From: Alphaproteobacteria bacterium
GTDB taxonomy: Bacteria > Pseudomonadota > Alphaproteobacteria > SP197
NCBI GenBank assembly: GCA_965228895.1
Contig: OZ245842.1
Coordinates: 2,176,001-2,240,000 of the forward strand
DNA length: 64,000 nucleotides
Reading direction: 5' to 3'
Positions 13,803 to 25,127 of this stretch are shown here, one piece after another. The position numbers and the translations under genes were made by a program. Below the pieces are notes generated by a model. The model saw nothing but the letters and a program-made list of their open reading frames with translations, was not told the DNA's origin and ran no database searches. The stretch's first letter is position 1, and each line of letters opens with the position of its first letter.

Positions 13803-14823
13803 GTTTATCCAGTCGCCCTTCGTGACCGGCTATCTGTGGCCGTTCATCCTGATCGTGCTGTCGATTATCGCGATCATCGTGCCGGTGCTGATCGCGGTCG
13901 CCTACCTGACCTATGCCGAGCGCAAGGTCATGGCCGCCATGCAGCTGCGCATGGGCCCCAACGTGGTCGGCCCGTTCGGCTTGCTGCAGCCTTTCGCCGA
14001 TGGCCTGAAGCTCTTCGTCAAGGAAACCGTTATCCCGACCGGCGCCAACAAGGTCGTTTTTGTTCTGGCGCCGATGATCACCTTCATTCTGGCCATGGTC
14101 GGCTGGGCGGTGATCCCGTTCGACGACGGCTGGGTCCTCGCCGACATCAATGTCGGCATCCTCTATCTTTTCGCCGTCTCATCGCTCGGCGTCTACGGCA
14201 TTATCATGGCGGGCTGGGCGTCGAACTCGAAATACGCCTTCCTGGGCGCCCTGCGCTCGGCAGCCCAGATGGTCTCCTATGAGGTCGCCATCGGCTTCGT
14301 CCTGATCACCGTGCTGGTTTGCGTGGGATCGCTGAACCTCTCCGACATCGTCCGGGCCCAGGAAGAGGGCATCTGGTTCTTCATCCCGCTCTTCCCGATG
14401 TTCGTTATCTTCGTCATTTCAGCACTTGCCGAGACGAACCGGGCGCCGTTCGACCTGCCAGAGGCGGAGTCCGAACTGGTCGCCGGTTTCAATGTCGAGT
14501 ACTCGGCGATGACTTTCGCGCTCTTCTTCCTGGGCGAATACGCCAACATGATCCTGATGAGCGCGCTTGCTACCACGCTCTTCCTGGGCGGCTGGCTGGC
14601 GCCGTTCGGCGTCGAGCCCTTCACGTGGATCCCAGGCCCGATCTGGTTCATCTTGAAGGTCTGCGTCGTCCTTTTCTTCTTCCTGTGGGTGCGCGCGACA
14701 TTCCCGCGCTACCGCTACGACCAGCTCATGCGCCTGGGCTGGAAGGTCTTTTTGCCGATCTCGCTTGCCGCCGTCGTGATCGTCTCGGGCGCACTCGTTG
14801 TCTTCGATTGGTTGCCGCGATGA
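13795..14823 (+). CDS. nuoH: NADH-quinone oxidoreductase subunit H
   Basis: [40 protein letters not shown]. Confidence 0.99.
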   Translation: MAEFIQSPFVTGYLWPFILIVLSIIAIIVPVLIAVAYLTYAERKVMAAMQLRMGPNVVGPFGLLQPFADGLKLFVKETVIPTGANKVVFVLAPMITFILAMVGWAVIPFDDGWVLADINVGILYLFAVSSLGVYGIIMAGWASNSKYAFLGALRSAAQMVSYEVAIGFVLITVLVCVGSLNLSDIVRAQEEGIWFFIPLFPMFVIFVISALAETNRAPFDLPEAESELVAGFNVEYSAMTFALFFLGEYANMILMSALATTLFLGGWLAPFGVEPFTWIPGPIWFILKVCVVLFFFLWVRATFPRYRYDQLMRLGWKVFLPISLAAVVIVSGALVVFDWLPR

Positions 14824-14868
14824 AGCCCATCATGCTAAGGCGCCGCCCGTCCTGGGGAGACTTCTGAC

Positions 14869-15357
14869 ATGGCGTTTCTCGATCGCACCGCGCGCTCGCT
14901 TTTGCTGGCCGAACTGGTCTCCGGCATGTCGCTGACGTTCCGTTACATGTTCCGCCGGCGCGCGACCGTGAACTACCCCTATGAAAAGGGCCCGCTGTCG
15001 CCGCGTTTCCGGGGCGAGCATGCGTTGCGTCGCTATCCCAACGGCGAGGAACGCTGCATCGCCTGCAAGCTGTGCGAGGCGATCTGTCCGGCCCAGGCGA
15101 TCACCATCGAGGCCGAACCGCGCGATGACGGCAGCCGGCGCACGACCCGCTATGACATCGACATGACCAAGTGCATCTATTGCGGTTTCTGCGAGGAAGC
15201 CTGTCCGGTCGATGCCATTGTCGAGGGTCCCAATTTCGAATACGCGACGGAAACGCGCGAAGAACTGTTCTATGACAAGCAGAAGCTGCTCGATAACGGC
15301 GACCGCTGGGAACAGGAAATCGCCGCCCGTCTCGCCGCCGACGCACCCTATCGGTAA
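14869..15357 (+). CDS. nuoI: NADH-quinone oxidoreductase subunit I
   Basis: Two CxxCxxCxxxCP ferredoxin motifs. Confidence 0.99.
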   Translation: MAFLDRTARSLLLAELVSGMSLTFRYMFRRRATVNYPYEKGPLSPRFRGEHALRRYPNGEERCIACKLCEAICPAQAITIEAEPRDDGSRRTTRYDIDMTKCIYCGFCEEACPVDAIVEGPNFEYATETREELFYDKQKLLDNGDRWEQEIAARLAADAPYR

Positions 15358-15381
15358 CCGGGGCGCGAGGGGGCACCAGCT

Positions 15382-15993
15382 ATGATCATCCAGACCTTGG
15401 CGTTCTATGTCTTCGCCGCGATTACGGTCGCCTCGGCTGTCATGGTGATTTCGGCGCGCAATCCCGTTCACTCCGTCCTGTTCTTGATCCTGGCCTTCTT
15501 CAACTCTGCCGGTCTCTTCGTTCTGCTGGGCGCGGAGTTCCTGGCGATGGTGCTGGTCGTTGTCTATGTCGGCGCGGTCGCGGTGCTGTTCCTGTTCGTC
15601 GTCATGATGCTCGACATCAACATCACCGAGATGCGCCAGGGTTTCCTGCAATACCTGCCCATTGGTGGTCTCATAGGACTGATCCTGCTGGTCGAGCTGA
15701 TCCTGGTCGGCGGTGGCTGGGTGCTGCATCCCGAGCTGTTCGGCGCGGCACAGGCGCCGACGCCCCATCCGGCGATACGCTCCAACACCGCGGCGATCGG
15801 CGATCTGATGTACACCCGCTACGTCTTCCTGTTCCAAGGCGCCGGCATGGTTCTGCTGATCGCGATGATCGGCGCCATCGTTCTGACCCTGCGCCACCGC
15901 GCCGTTCGCCGTCAGGTCATCCGCGACCAGGTCGCGCGCCGCCCGGAAGATGTGGTCGAGGTCCGCAAGGTTCGGCCGGGGGAGGGCATCTGA
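15382..15993 (+). CDS. nuoJ: NADH-quinone oxidoreductase subunit J
   Basis: [22 protein letters not shown]. Confidence 0.98.
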   Translation: MIIQTLAFYVFAAITVASAVMVISARNPVHSVLFLILAFFNSAGLFVLLGAEFLAMVLVVVYVGAVAVLFLFVVMMLDINITEMRQGFLQYLPIGGLIGLILLVELILVGGGWVLHPELFGAAQAPTPHPAIRSNTAAIGDLMYTRYVFLFQGAGMVLLIAMIGAIVLTLRHRAVRRQVIRDQVARRPEDVVEVRKVRPGEGI

Positions 15994-15994
15994 C

Positions 15995-16303
15995 ATGGAA
16001 ATCGGTCTGGCCCATTACCTCACCGTCGGCGCGATCCTGTTTACGCTGGGCATCCTCGGCATCTTCCTGAACCGCAAGAACGTCATCATCATCTTGATGT
16101 CGGTCGAGCTGATGCTGCTTGCCGTCAACATCAACCTGGTGGCGTTTTCGGCCGAACTCGGTGATCTGGTTGGCCAGGTCTTCGCCATGCTCGTCTTGAC
16201 CGTCGCGGCGGCGGAGGCCGCCATTGGCCTTGCCATTCTGGTCGTCTATTTCCGCAACCGCGGTTCGATCGCGGTTGAGGATATCAACATGATGAAGGGC
16301 TGA
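15995..16303 (+). CDS. nuoK: NADH-quinone oxidoreductase subunit K
   Basis: [18 protein letters not shown]; start at ATG 15995. Confidence 0.98.
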   Translation: MEIGLAHYLTVGAILFTLGILGIFLNRKNVIIILMSVELMLLAVNINLVAFSAELGDLVGQVFAMLVLTVAAAEAAIGLAILVVYFRNRGSIAVEDINMMKG

Positions 16304-16306
16304 CCG

Positions 16307-18238
16307 TTGCACGCCGCTATCGTCTTTCTGCCCTTGATCGGCGCCATCCTGTCGGGCTTCTCCGGCCGGCAGCTTGGCCCCAAATGGGCGCCGATCGTGA
16401 CCTGCGTTTTGATGGTCGCATGCTGCGCGCTGGCCTGGATCGTCTTCTTCGACATCACCGTGGCCGGCAACGTGCGCGAGGTCCAGCTCTTCACCTGGAT
16501 CGATTCCGGCGCGTTCGAGGTCGATTGGGCACTCTATTTCGACCAGGTGACGGCGGTGATGCTGGTCGTCGTGACGACGGTCTCCATGGTCGTCCACATC
16601 TATTCGATCGGCTATATGGAGCACGATCCGCACCGTCAGCGGTTCTTCGCCTACCTGTCGCTCTTCACGTTCTCCATGCTGATGCTGGTGACCGCCGACA
16701 ACTTCGTGCAGCTGTTCTTCGGCTGGGAAGGCGTCGGGCTGTGCAGCTATCTCTTGATCGGCTTCTGGTACAAGAAACCCACGGCCAACGCCGCGGCGAT
16801 CAAGGCCTTTGTCGTCAACCGGGTCGGCGATTTCGGTTTTGCGCTCGGCATCATGGGCGTTTTCCTGGTCTTCAACGCCGTCTCGTTCGACGCGGTGTTC
16901 AACGCAACGCCTGACGTTGCCGGTTCGACGTTCACCTTCCTGAACTGGGAAGTCGATACGCTGACGACGCTGTGTCTGCTGCTGTTTGTCGGCGCCATGG
17001 GCAAGTCGGCACAGGTGCCGCTGCACACCTGGCTGCCGGACGCCATGGAAGGTCCGACCCCGGTTTCGGCGCTGATCCATGCCGCCACCATGGTGACCGC
17101 CGGCGTCTTCATGGTGGTGCGCCTGTCGCCGATGTTCGAATACGCACCCTATGCGCTGATGTTCGTTGCTTTCATAGGGGCGACGACGGCGTTCTTCGCC
17201 GCCACCATCGGCATTGCGCAGAACGATATCAAACGGGTCATCGCCTATTCGACGTGCAGCCAGCTCGGTTACATGTTCTTTGCCTGTGGCGTCGGCGCCT
17301 ATGCCGCCGCGCTCTTCCATCTGGCGATGCACGCCTGCTTCAAGGCGCTGCTGTTCCTGGGCTCCGGCCAGGTCATTCACGCCATGCATGACGAGCAGGA
17401 CATGCGGCGCATGGGTGGGCTGTGGCGCAAGATACCAATCACCTATAGCTATATGTGGATCGGCAGTCTGGCGCTTGCCGGCATACCGTTCTTCGCCGGT
17501 TACTTTTCCAAGGACCTGATCATCGAGTCCGCCTTTGCCGCCCACACCAACATGGGGCTCTATGCCTATTGGATGGGTGTCGGCGGGGCGATCCTGACCG
17601 CGCTCTATTCCTGGCGTCTGATCTTCATGACCTTCCACGGCCGCCCGCGCATGTCCAAGGAGACCGAGGACCATGTGCACGAGGCGCCCAAGGTCATGTG
17701 GATGCCGCTGCTGATCCTGGTGCTGGGTTCGGTGTTCGGCGGTTTCGGCTTCCTGGGCGGCGTCATGGTCGCCGATGGCGGCGCGCCGTTCTTCGGCGAT
17801 TCCATCCTGGTGCTCGGCGACAACGTCATAGAGGAGGCTCACTACATTCCGTCATGGGCCATCTTCACGCCGCTGGTCGGCGCACTGCTCGGTATCGCGG
17901 CGGCTTTCGTCTGCTACATCTGGCGGCCGGCATGGCCGGGTCTCATCGCCAGCATGGGTCGGCCGATCTATCTGCTGCTGCTCAACAAGTACTACGTTGA
18001 CGAACTCTACGATTGGATGTTCGTGCGTCCGGCCAAGCGTCTCGGCAGAGGTTTGTGGAAGGCGATCGACGGTCAGGTCATCGACGGGTTGGGCCCGGAC
18101 GGCATCGCGGCGGCGACGCTGGATCTCGCCAGGAAGGCCAAGGTGCTGCAGTCCGGTTACGTCTACCACTATGCCTTTGCCATGCTGATCGGCGTCGCCA
18201 TCGTCGTCACGTGGTTCCTGTTCAGGACCGTGGGTTAG
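16307..18238 (+). CDS. nuoL: NADH-quinone oxidoreductase subunit L (TTG start)
   Basis: GWEGVG, KSAQ...WLPDAMEGPTPVSALIHAATMV. Confidence 0.98.
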   Translation: MHAAIVFLPLIGAILSGFSGRQLGPKWAPIVTCVLMVACCALAWIVFFDITVAGNVREVQLFTWIDSGAFEVDWALYFDQVTAVMLVVVTTVSMVVHIYSIGYMEHDPHRQRFFAYLSLFTFSMLMLVTADNFVQLFFGWEGVGLCSYLLIGFWYKKPTANAAAIKAFVVNRVGDFGFALGIMGVFLVFNAVSFDAVFNATPDVAGSTFTFLNWEVDTLTTLCLLLFVGAMGKSAQVPLHTWLPDAMEGPTPVSALIHAATMVTAGVFMVVRLSPMFEYAPYALMFVAFIGATTAFFAATIGIAQNDIKRVIAYSTCSQLGYMFFACGVGAYAAALFHLAMHACFKALLFLGSGQVIHAMHDEQDMRRMGGLWRKIPITYSYMWIGSLALAGIPFFAGYFSKDLIIESAFAAHTNMGLYAYWMGVGGAILTALYSWRLIFMTFHGRPRMSKETEDHVHEAPKVMWMPLLILVLGSVFGGFGFLGGVMVADGGAPFFGDSILVLGDNVIEEAHYIPSWAIFTPLVGALLGIAAAFVCYIWRPAWPGLIASMGRPIYLLLLNKYYVDELYDWMFVRPAKRLGRGLWKAIDGQVIDGLGPDGIAAATLDLARKAKVLQSGYVYHYAFAMLIGVAIVVTWFLFRTVG

Positions 18239-18250
18239 GGGTGGTTCGGT

Positions 18251-19759
18251 ATGGCTGACTGGCCCCTTTTAACCCTGGCGATTGTGCTGCCCCTGATCGG
18301 GGCGGCGTTTATCCTCGCCATCCGTGGCGACGACGAAGAGGTGGTGAACCGCAATGCGCGTTATGTCGCGCTGTGGACATCGCTGTTGACGCTGATCGTC
18401 ACCGTCGTGATCTGGGTCCTGTTCGATCCCTCGACCCATGAGTTCCAGTTCGTCGAGCAGGCGCCTTGGATCCCGGCCTATGGCATCCAGTACTACCTGG
18501 GTATCGACGGCATCTCGCTCTTCCTGATCGTCTTGTCGGCGTTCTTAACCCCGGTCTGCATCCTGTGCAGCTGGGACTCGGTCAAGGTCAGGGTCAAGGA
18601 ATACATGATCGCGTTCCTGGTCATGGAAACGCTGATGATCGGCGTTTTTTGTGCGCTCGACTTCGTGCTCTTCTACCTCTTCTTCGAAGCCATGCTGATC
18701 CCGATGTTCCTGATCATCGGTGTCTGGGGCGGGCCGCGGCGCATCTATTCGGCCTTCAAGTTCTTCCTCTATACGCTGGTCGGCTCGGTACTGCTCTTGA
18801 TCGCTTTGTTGGTCATGTATTTCGAGACCGGCACGACCAACATCCCGGATCTGATGAACGCGGGCTTCGATGCCGATCTGCAGCGTTGGCTGTGGATCGC
18901 CATGTTTGCGTCCTTCGCGGTCAAGGTGCCGATGTGGCCGGTCCACACGTGGCTGCCCGACGCCCATGTCGAGGCGCCGACCGCCGGGTCGGTCATCCTG
19001 GCCGGCGTGCTCCTGAAAATGGGCGCTTACGGCTATCTGCGCTTCTCGCTTCCCATGCTGCCGGACGCGTCGGCTTATTTCGCGCCCTTCATCTTTGTCC
19101 TCAGCATCATCGCGATCATCTACACGTCCCTGGTTGCGCTGATGCAGGAGGATATGAAGAAGCTGATCGCCTATTCGTCGGTCGCCCATATGGGATTTGT
19201 GACCGCCGGCATCTTCACCATGAATCAGCAGGGCCTGGAAGGCGGCATCTTCCAGATGCTGAGCCACGGCGTCGTTTCGGCCGCGCTCTTCCTGTGTGTC
19301 GGCGTGGTCTATGACCGCATGCACACCCGCTTGATCGACCGCTATGGCGGGCTGGTCAACCGCATGCCGAAATACGCCTTCATCTTTATGGTCTTCATGC
19401 TGGCGTCGGTCGGCCTGCCGGGGACGTCGGGTTTCATCGGCGAGTTCCTGATCCTGGTCGGCACCTTCGAGGCTAACACCTGGGTCGCGCTGTTCGCCAC
19501 CACAGGCATCATCCTGGGCGCGACCTACATGCTGTGGCTGTATCGCCGTGTCGTCTTCGGTGAGATGGTCCGCGAGGACCTGCGCGACATCATGGATTGC
19601 AACCGGCGCGAACTGCTTTACTTCGTGCCGCTGATCATCGTGGTCCTGGTCATGGGCATTTATCCCGATGCGTTCCTGTCGGCCATGCACGCGTCTGTCG
19701 AGCACCTGGTCAATCAGACCCAGGGCACGGTTTCGGTCGCCCAAGTGGCGGCGAATTAG
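18251..19759 (+). CDS. nuoM: NADH-quinone oxidoreductase subunit M
   Basis: KVPMWPVHTWLPDAHVEAPT, AYSSVAHM, GLPGTSGFIGE. Confidence 0.98.
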   Translation: MADWPLLTLAIVLPLIGAAFILAIRGDDEEVVNRNARYVALWTSLLTLIVTVVIWVLFDPSTHEFQFVEQAPWIPAYGIQYYLGIDGISLFLIVLSAFLTPVCILCSWDSVKVRVKEYMIAFLVMETLMIGVFCALDFVLFYLFFEAMLIPMFLIIGVWGGPRRIYSAFKFFLYTLVGSVLLLIALLVMYFETGTTNIPDLMNAGFDADLQRWLWIAMFASFAVKVPMWPVHTWLPDAHVEAPTAGSVILAGVLLKMGAYGYLRFSLPMLPDASAYFAPFIFVLSIIAIIYTSLVALMQEDMKKLIAYSSVAHMGFVTAGIFTMNQQGLEGGIFQMLSHGVVSAALFLCVGVVYDRMHTRLIDRYGGLVNRMPKYAFIFMVFMLASVGLPGTSGFIGEFLILVGTFEANTWVALFATTGIILGATYMLWLYRRVVFGEMVREDLRDIMDCNRRELLYFVPLIIVVLVMGIYPDAFLSAMHASVEHLVNQTQGTVSVAQVAAN

Positions 19760-19768
19760 GGGCGGGCG

Positions 19769-21256
19769 ATGAGTGAATTGGCAACCAACGACGTCATCCA
19801 GGTCCTGCCCGAGCTGTGGTTCGCGGTAGTCGCGATGGCGCTTTTGATGGTCGGCGCCTTCGCCGGCAACGGGGCGACGCGCCTGATCATGGTCCTGACC
19901 GTGGTCGCGTTCGTTGCGGCGGGTTTCCTGGTCGGTGTCGTGCCCGGACCGGACCAGGCGTTCGGCGGGTTGATCATCAACGACGATTTCTCCGTCTTCA
20001 TGAAGATCCTGGTTTTGATCGGCGGTGCCCTGACCCTCATTTTGAGTCTGGGATACCTGCGCCGTGAAGGCATCGAGCGTTTCGAGTATCCGATCCTGAT
20101 CATGCTGGCGACGCTCGGCATGTTCATCATGATTTCGGCCAACGACTTCATGTCGCTTTATGTCGGCCTGGAGATGCAGAGCTTGGCGCTCTACGTCTGC
20201 GCGGCGTTCCAGCGTGACAGCCTGCGCTCGTCGGAGGCCGGCTTGAAGTATTTCGTCTTGGGCGCGGTCGCCTCCGGCATGCTGCTTTATGGCTGCTCGA
20301 TGGTCTATGGCTTCTCCGGCACCACGTCGTTCGATGAGTTGGCTGGCTTGCTTGACGGTATGCCGCCGGAAGAGATCTCCATCGGCCTGATCGTCGGCCT
20401 GGTCTTCATTGCGGCCGGTCTGGCGTTCAAGGTTTCCGCCGTGCCGTTCCACATGTGGACGCCGGACGTCTATGAAGGCGCGCCGACACCTGTCACGGCC
20501 TTCTTTGCGGTGGCGCCGAAGATTGCCGCGATCGCGTTGCTGCTCCGGGTCATGATGGGTCCGTTCGAAGCGCTGTTCGACCAGTGGCAGCAAATCGTCT
20601 TCCTGCTCGCGGTCGCTTCAATGCTGCTGGGTGCGTTCGGTGCCATCGGCCAGCGCAACATCAAGCGGCTGATGGCCTATAGCTCGATCGGCCATGTCGG
20701 CTATGCACTGGTTGGTTTGGCGGCGGGCACGCAGGCCGGTATCAACGGCGTCGTCATCTATATGGCGATCTACCTGGCCATGGGGGCGGGTACGTGGGGT
20801 TGCATCCTGGCCATGCGCCGCCAGGACACCATGGTCGAGAGCATCGATGACCTCGCGGGCCTATCGACCAACAACCCCTCCATGGCGCTTGCCATCGCGA
20901 TCTTCATGTTTTCGATGGCCGGTATTCCGCCGCTCGCCGGTTTCTTCGGCAAGTTCTACGTCTTCATGGCGGCGGTCGATGCCGGGCTCTACACGCTGGC
21001 TGTGGTTGGCGTGCTGACCAGCGTGATCGGCGCGTTCTACTATCTGCGTGTCATCAAGATCATGTACTTCGATGATCCCGCCGAAAAGTTCGATGCCCCG
21101 GCTGGGCGTGAGATCTCCTATGTTGTCGCGATCACCGCGGCGTTCACGGCGCTTTTCTTCCTCTATACCGGTCCGCTTCTGTCGGGCGCCGATGCTGCGG
21201 CGTCGGCCTTGATGCCCGCGGCCGGTGATGCGGTGCAGGCGGCGCTTCTGCCGTGA
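19769..21256 (+). CDS. nuoN: NADH-quinone oxidoreductase subunit N
   Basis: [36 protein letters not shown]. Confidence 0.98.
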   Translation: MSELATNDVIQVLPELWFAVVAMALLMVGAFAGNGATRLIMVLTVVAFVAAGFLVGVVPGPDQAFGGLIINDDFSVFMKILVLIGGALTLILSLGYLRREGIERFEYPILIMLATLGMFIMISANDFMSLYVGLEMQSLALYVCAAFQRDSLRSSEAGLKYFVLGAVASGMLLYGCSMVYGFSGTTSFDELAGLLDGMPPEEISIGLIVGLVFIAAGLAFKVSAVPFHMWTPDVYEGAPTPVTAFFAVAPKIAAIALLLRVMMGPFEALFDQWQQIVFLLAVASMLLGAFGAIGQRNIKRLMAYSSIGHVGYALVGLAAGTQAGINGVVIYMAIYLAMGAGTWGCILAMRRQDTMVESIDDLAGLSTNNPSMALAIAIFMFSMAGIPPLAGFFGKFYVFMAAVDAGLYTLAVVGVLTSVIGAFYYLRVIKIMYFDDPAEKFDAPAGREISYVVAITAAFTALFFLYTGPLLSGADAAASALMPAAGDAVQAALLP

Positions 21257-22008
21257 CGATCAGACTGCCGGCCGGCTTTTCGCTGGTCGACCTTGAGACC
21301 ACCACCAGCACCAACGACGAAGCTCTGCGTCGCGCGCGTGAAGGTGCGCCCGAAGGCACGCTGGTCCTGGCGCGTCGGCAAACGGCAGGCCGTGGTCGGC
21401 GTGGGCGAGCCTATGTCTCGCCGCCCGGCAACCTCTTCGCCTCTTTGATTCTGCGGCCTGCCATGGCGCCCGATCTGGCGGCGCTGTCGGGTTTTGCCGC
21501 GTCACTCGCGATCGCCGAGACGATGGATGCGTTGGCGCCCAACCTACCGGCCGCAACTTGCAAATGGCCGAACGACGTACTGGTTGACGGCAAGAAGGTC
21601 GGTGCGATTTTGATCGAGGCATCCTCGACGCACGGGGTTGTTGATTCACTTGTCGTGGGCATCGGGATCAACCTGGTCGCCCATCCCGAGATTGCCGACT
21701 ATCCCGCCGGCGACCTTGCCGATCTCGGCGCGCCCGGCCTGACGCCCGATCGGTTTCTGGAGCGCCTTGCCGCCCACCTTGATCGCTGGCTCAAGGTGTG
21801 GCGTCAGGACGGCATGGCAGGGCTGCGCGAAGCGTGGCTGGCGCGCGCTGCCGGGCTGGGCAAACCGATCGAGGTGCGGTTGGAAAACACCAGCTTCTGC
21901 GGGCAATTTCGCGATCTCGATAGCGACGGCGCGCTCCTGTTGGACATGGAGGGCGGGGAATGCCGTAAGGTGACGGCAGGCGCGGTGTTCTTTCCGGAGG
22001 CGGCGTGA
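21253..22008 (+). CDS. birA: Biotin-[acetyl-CoA carboxylase] ligase (no N-terminal HTH)
   Basis: [23 protein letters not shown] motifs. Confidence 0.95.
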   Translation: MTIRLPAGFSLVDLETTTSTNDEALRRAREGAPEGTLVLARRQTAGRGRRGRAYVSPPGNLFASLILRPAMAPDLAALSGFAASLAIAETMDALAPNLPAATCKWPNDVLVDGKKVGAILIEASSTHGVVDSLVVGIGINLVAHPEIADYPAGDLADLGAPGLTPDRFLERLAAHLDRWLKVWRQDGMAGLREAWLARAAGLGKPIEVRLENTSFCGQFRDLDSDGALLLDMEGGECRKVTAGAVFFPEAA

Positions 22009-22793
22009 TGACAGGATTGCTTCTTGCGGTCGACCAAGGCAACTCCAACACGGAGTTTGCCGTGTTCGAGGGCACCGACATGAAAGGGCACTGGCGGACG
22101 TCAACCAAGGTCGAGACGACGGCCGACGAATACGTCGTGTGGCTCACCCAACTGTTCCGTTTGCAGGGCATCGACGAAACGGCGATTGATGCCGCGATCA
22201 TCTCCAGCGTTGTGCCGGGCGGCCTCTTCGAACTGCGCATGCTCTGCCGCAAACACTTCAAGGCCGACCCGCTGGTTATCGGCGAAGGCGTCGATCTGGG
22301 CATCAAGGTGCTGATTGATGAACCCTCCGAGGCCGGTGCCGATCGCCTGGCCAACGCGGTCGGCGGCTATGTGCGCTTCGGCGGGCCGCTGATCATTGTC
22401 GACTTCGGGACCGCGACCAATTTCGACATCATCGACGCGGACGGCAATTTCTGCGGCGGTGTGCTGGCACCGGGCATTTCTCTGGCGCTCGACGCCATGC
22501 ACCGTGTCTCCGCGCGGCTGCCCAGGGTCGGTGTCAGGCGGCCGCCCACGGTGATCGGCCGTAACACCGTTAACTCCATGGAATCAGGCGTCTATTGGGG
22601 TTATGTCGGTCTGATTGAAGGCACGGTCACCCGTATTCGTGCGGAGTACGGCGAGCCGATGAAGGTGGTGGCGACCGGGGGGCTCGGCCCCTTGTTTGAT
22701 GCGGCCACCGACACCATTGATAGTTATGACCCCGACGTGACCGTACGCGGCCTGTTGGAAATCTATCGACGGAACAGGCCCGACAACGCCTAG
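22005..22793 (+). CDS. coaX: Type III pantothenate kinase
   Basis: DQGNS, GADR, VDFGTAT, ATGG motifs. Confidence 0.96.
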   Translation: MMTGLLLAVDQGNSNTEFAVFEGTDMKGHWRTSTKVETTADEYVVWLTQLFRLQGIDETAIDAAIISSVVPGGLFELRMLCRKHFKADPLVIGEGVDLGIKVLIDEPSEAGADRLANAVGGYVRFGGPLIIVDFGTATNFDIIDADGNFCGGVLAPGISLALDAMHRVSARLPRVGVRRPPTVIGRNTVNSMESGVYWGYVGLIEGTVTRIRAEYGEPMKVVATGGLGPLFDAATDTIDSYDPDVTVRGLLEIYRRNRPDNA

Positions 22794-22794
22794 C

Positions 22795-24453
22795 ATGACA
22801 AAACCCCAAGCGCTCCATTTCCTGCCCCTTGGCGGGGCAGGCGAGATCGGCATGAACCTGAACCTCTATGAGTACGCGGGTTCGTGGTTGATGTGCGATC
22901 TGGGCGTGGCCTTCGCCGGCGATGAACTGCCGGGCATCGATCTTATCATGCCGGATCTATCGTTTATCGCCGAGCGGCGCGAAAAGCTGATCGGCCTGGT
23001 GCTGACACACGCCCATGAGGATCACCTAGGCGCGGTGCCCTATCTGTGGCCGGAGCTGCAATGCCCGGTCTATGCGACGCCCTTTGCCGCCGCCCTTCTG
23101 CGGCGCAAGCTCGACGAGGGCGCCGAGGGCATCGAGGACCTGGTCATTACCGAAGTGCCGCTGGGCGGCACCATCGATCTTGATCCGTTTGAGATCGAAT
23201 TGATCTCGCTGACGCACTCGATCCCCGAGCCGAATGCGCTCGCGGTCACGACGCCGGCCGGCACGGTGCTGCATACCGGCGATTGGAAGCTCGACCCCGA
23301 TCCGTTGGTTGGTGATGCGGCCGACGAAAAGGCGCTTCGTTCGCTGGGTGACGAGGGCGTGCTCGCCATGGTCTGCGATTCCACCAACGTGTTTCGCCCG
23401 GGGACCTCAGGGTCCGAGGCGGAGGTCCGGAAGGGGCTCGATGATCTGGTGGCCGGTCAGACAGGGCGGGTCGCCATCGCAACCTTCGCCAGCAATCTGG
23501 CACGGCTTCTGACCGTCTTCGAGGTCGCCGCCAACAACGGCCGGAGCGTGGCTGTCGTCGGCCGCTCCATGTGGCGGATATTGGACTGCGCGCGCGAAAC
23601 CGGTTACCTGCCGCGCGATGTCCATTTCCTCTCCGACCGCGACGCCGTCGACCTGCCGGCCGACAAGGTGCTTTACCTCACCACCGGCTGCCAGGGCGAG
23701 CCCAACGCGGCGCTTTCGCGCATCGCCAACCGGACCCATCCGGTGGTCGAGCTGCAGCGCGGCGATACCGTGATCTTTTCGTCCAAGATCATCCCGGGCA
23801 ACGAACGGCCTATCTACGACCTGATCAACCTCATGATCGACTTGGGCATCCAGGTCATCACGGAGAAGGAGCACTTCGTGCACGTCTCCGGTCACCCCAA
23901 CCGCGACGAACTGGCGGCCATGTATCAGTGGGTGCGCCCGCAGATCGCCGTGCCGGTTCATGGCGAGGCGCGGCACCTGCGTGAGCACGCCAAGCTCGCG
24001 CGCGAACTGCAGGTGCCCGAGACGGTCACCGTCGCCAACGGTACCATGGTGCGTCTGGCGCCCGGCACGCCGGAGATCATTGATCACGTCCACCATGGCC
24101 GGCTCGCCTGGTCGGGCAACGGCACGGTACCGGTCGACGGCAATATCGTGCGCGAGCGTCGCCGCTTGATGCATAACGGCGTTGCCTTCGTCACCGTGGT
24201 TGTCGACCGGTCTGGCGACCTCGTCGCCGACCCCGTCGTGTCGGCCCATGGTCTGCTGGAAGACGATGACGAGGAAGAGGCCGTGCTGGATGGCGTGGTC
24301 GATGAGGTGATAGACAAGGTCGAAGCGCTGCCGCGTCCGCAACGCCGCGACGATGAGGTGCTGGGGGAGGCAGTGCGTGTCAGCGCGCGCCGCTTTCTGC
24401 GTAACGAGCTGGGCGGACGCCCGGTGGTTGATGTGCAATTGGTGAGAGTCTGA
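22795..24453 (+). CDS. rnj: Ribonuclease J
   Basis: LGGAGEIGMN, THAHEDH, HTGDWK, HVSGH, PVHGE beta-CASP motifs. Confidence 0.96.
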   Translation: MTKPQALHFLPLGGAGEIGMNLNLYEYAGSWLMCDLGVAFAGDELPGIDLIMPDLSFIAERREKLIGLVLTHAHEDHLGAVPYLWPELQCPVYATPFAAALLRRKLDEGAEGIEDLVITEVPLGGTIDLDPFEIELISLTHSIPEPNALAVTTPAGTVLHTGDWKLDPDPLVGDAADEKALRSLGDEGVLAMVCDSTNVFRPGTSGSEAEVRKGLDDLVAGQTGRVAIATFASNLARLLTVFEVAANNGRSVAVVGRSMWRILDCARETGYLPRDVHFLSDRDAVDLPADKVLYLTTGCQGEPNAALSRIANRTHPVVELQRGDTVIFSSKIIPGNERPIYDLINLMIDLGIQVITEKEHFVHVSGHPNRDELAAMYQWVRPQIAVPVHGEARHLREHAKLARELQVPETVTVANGTMVRLAPGTPEIIDHVHHGRLAWSGNGTVPVDGNIVRERRRLMHNGVAFVTVVVDRSGDLVADPVVSAHGLLEDDDEEEAVLDGVVDEVIDKVEALPRPQRRDDEVLGEAVRVSARRFLRNELGGRPVVDVQLVRV

Positions 24454-24464
24454 AGGAGACGACA

Positions 24465-24869
24465 ATGATCGGTCGGCTGAACCATGTGGCGATCGTGGTG
24501 CCTGATCTCCAGGCGGCCAGCGCCGTCTACCGCGATACGTTGGGGGCTGAGGTCTCTGAAGCCGTCGATGTGCCCGAGCACGGCGTGACGACGGTGTTTA
24601 TCACGCTGCCCAACACCAAGATCGAGTTGTTGAGCCCGCTGGGTGAGGAATCACCTGTTGCTTCGTTTCTGGAGCGTAACCCGTCGGGCGGCATGCATCA
24701 TGTCTGCTACGAGGTCGATGACATCATTGCCGCGCGAGATCAGATCGTCGCCGAAGGGGCGCGGGTCATCGGCGACGGCGAACCCAAGATCGGCGCGCAT
24801 GGCAAACCGGTGCTGTTCCTGCACCCCAAGGACTTCTGCGGTACGCTGGTCGAGATCGAACAGGTCTGA
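24465..24869 (+). CDS. mce: Methylmalonyl-CoA epimerase
   Basis: LNHVAI...HGV...GGMHH...IGAHGKPVLFLHPKD...LVEIEQ. Confidence 0.95.
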   Translation: MIGRLNHVAIVVPDLQAASAVYRDTLGAEVSEAVDVPEHGVTTVFITLPNTKIELLSPLGEESPVASFLERNPSGGMHHVCYEVDDIIAARDQIVAEGARVIGDGEPKIGAHGKPVLFLHPKDFCGTLVEIEQV

Positions 24870-24875
24870 GCGGCG

Positions 24876-25127
24876 ATGGGCCCCTTTGGTCTCATCGTTG
24901 TCTATCTGGTCGTCTGGTGGCTTGTCTTCTTCATGTCGCTGCCATTCGGCGTCCGTCACGATCGTGGCGTCGACGAAGGGCACGACCCCGGTGCGCCGGA
25001 TAAACCAATGTTGTGGCGCAAGGCCGCCGCGGCCACCGTGATCGCCACCGTTCTGGTCGGCGCCGTCTACCTAGTCGATGACCTCGAATGGATCGTTTTC
25101 AGGGAGTTGATCTACGGTGAGCGCTAG
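24876..25127 (+). CDS. DUF1467-family small membrane protein
   Basis: Y..WW...F..LP.GV...G.DPGAP pattern, two TM helices, usual position after mce. Confidence 0.85.
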   Translation: MGPFGLIVVYLVVWWLVFFMSLPFGVRHDRGVDEGHDPGAPDKPMLWRKAAAATVIATVLVGAVYLVDDLEWIVFRELIYGER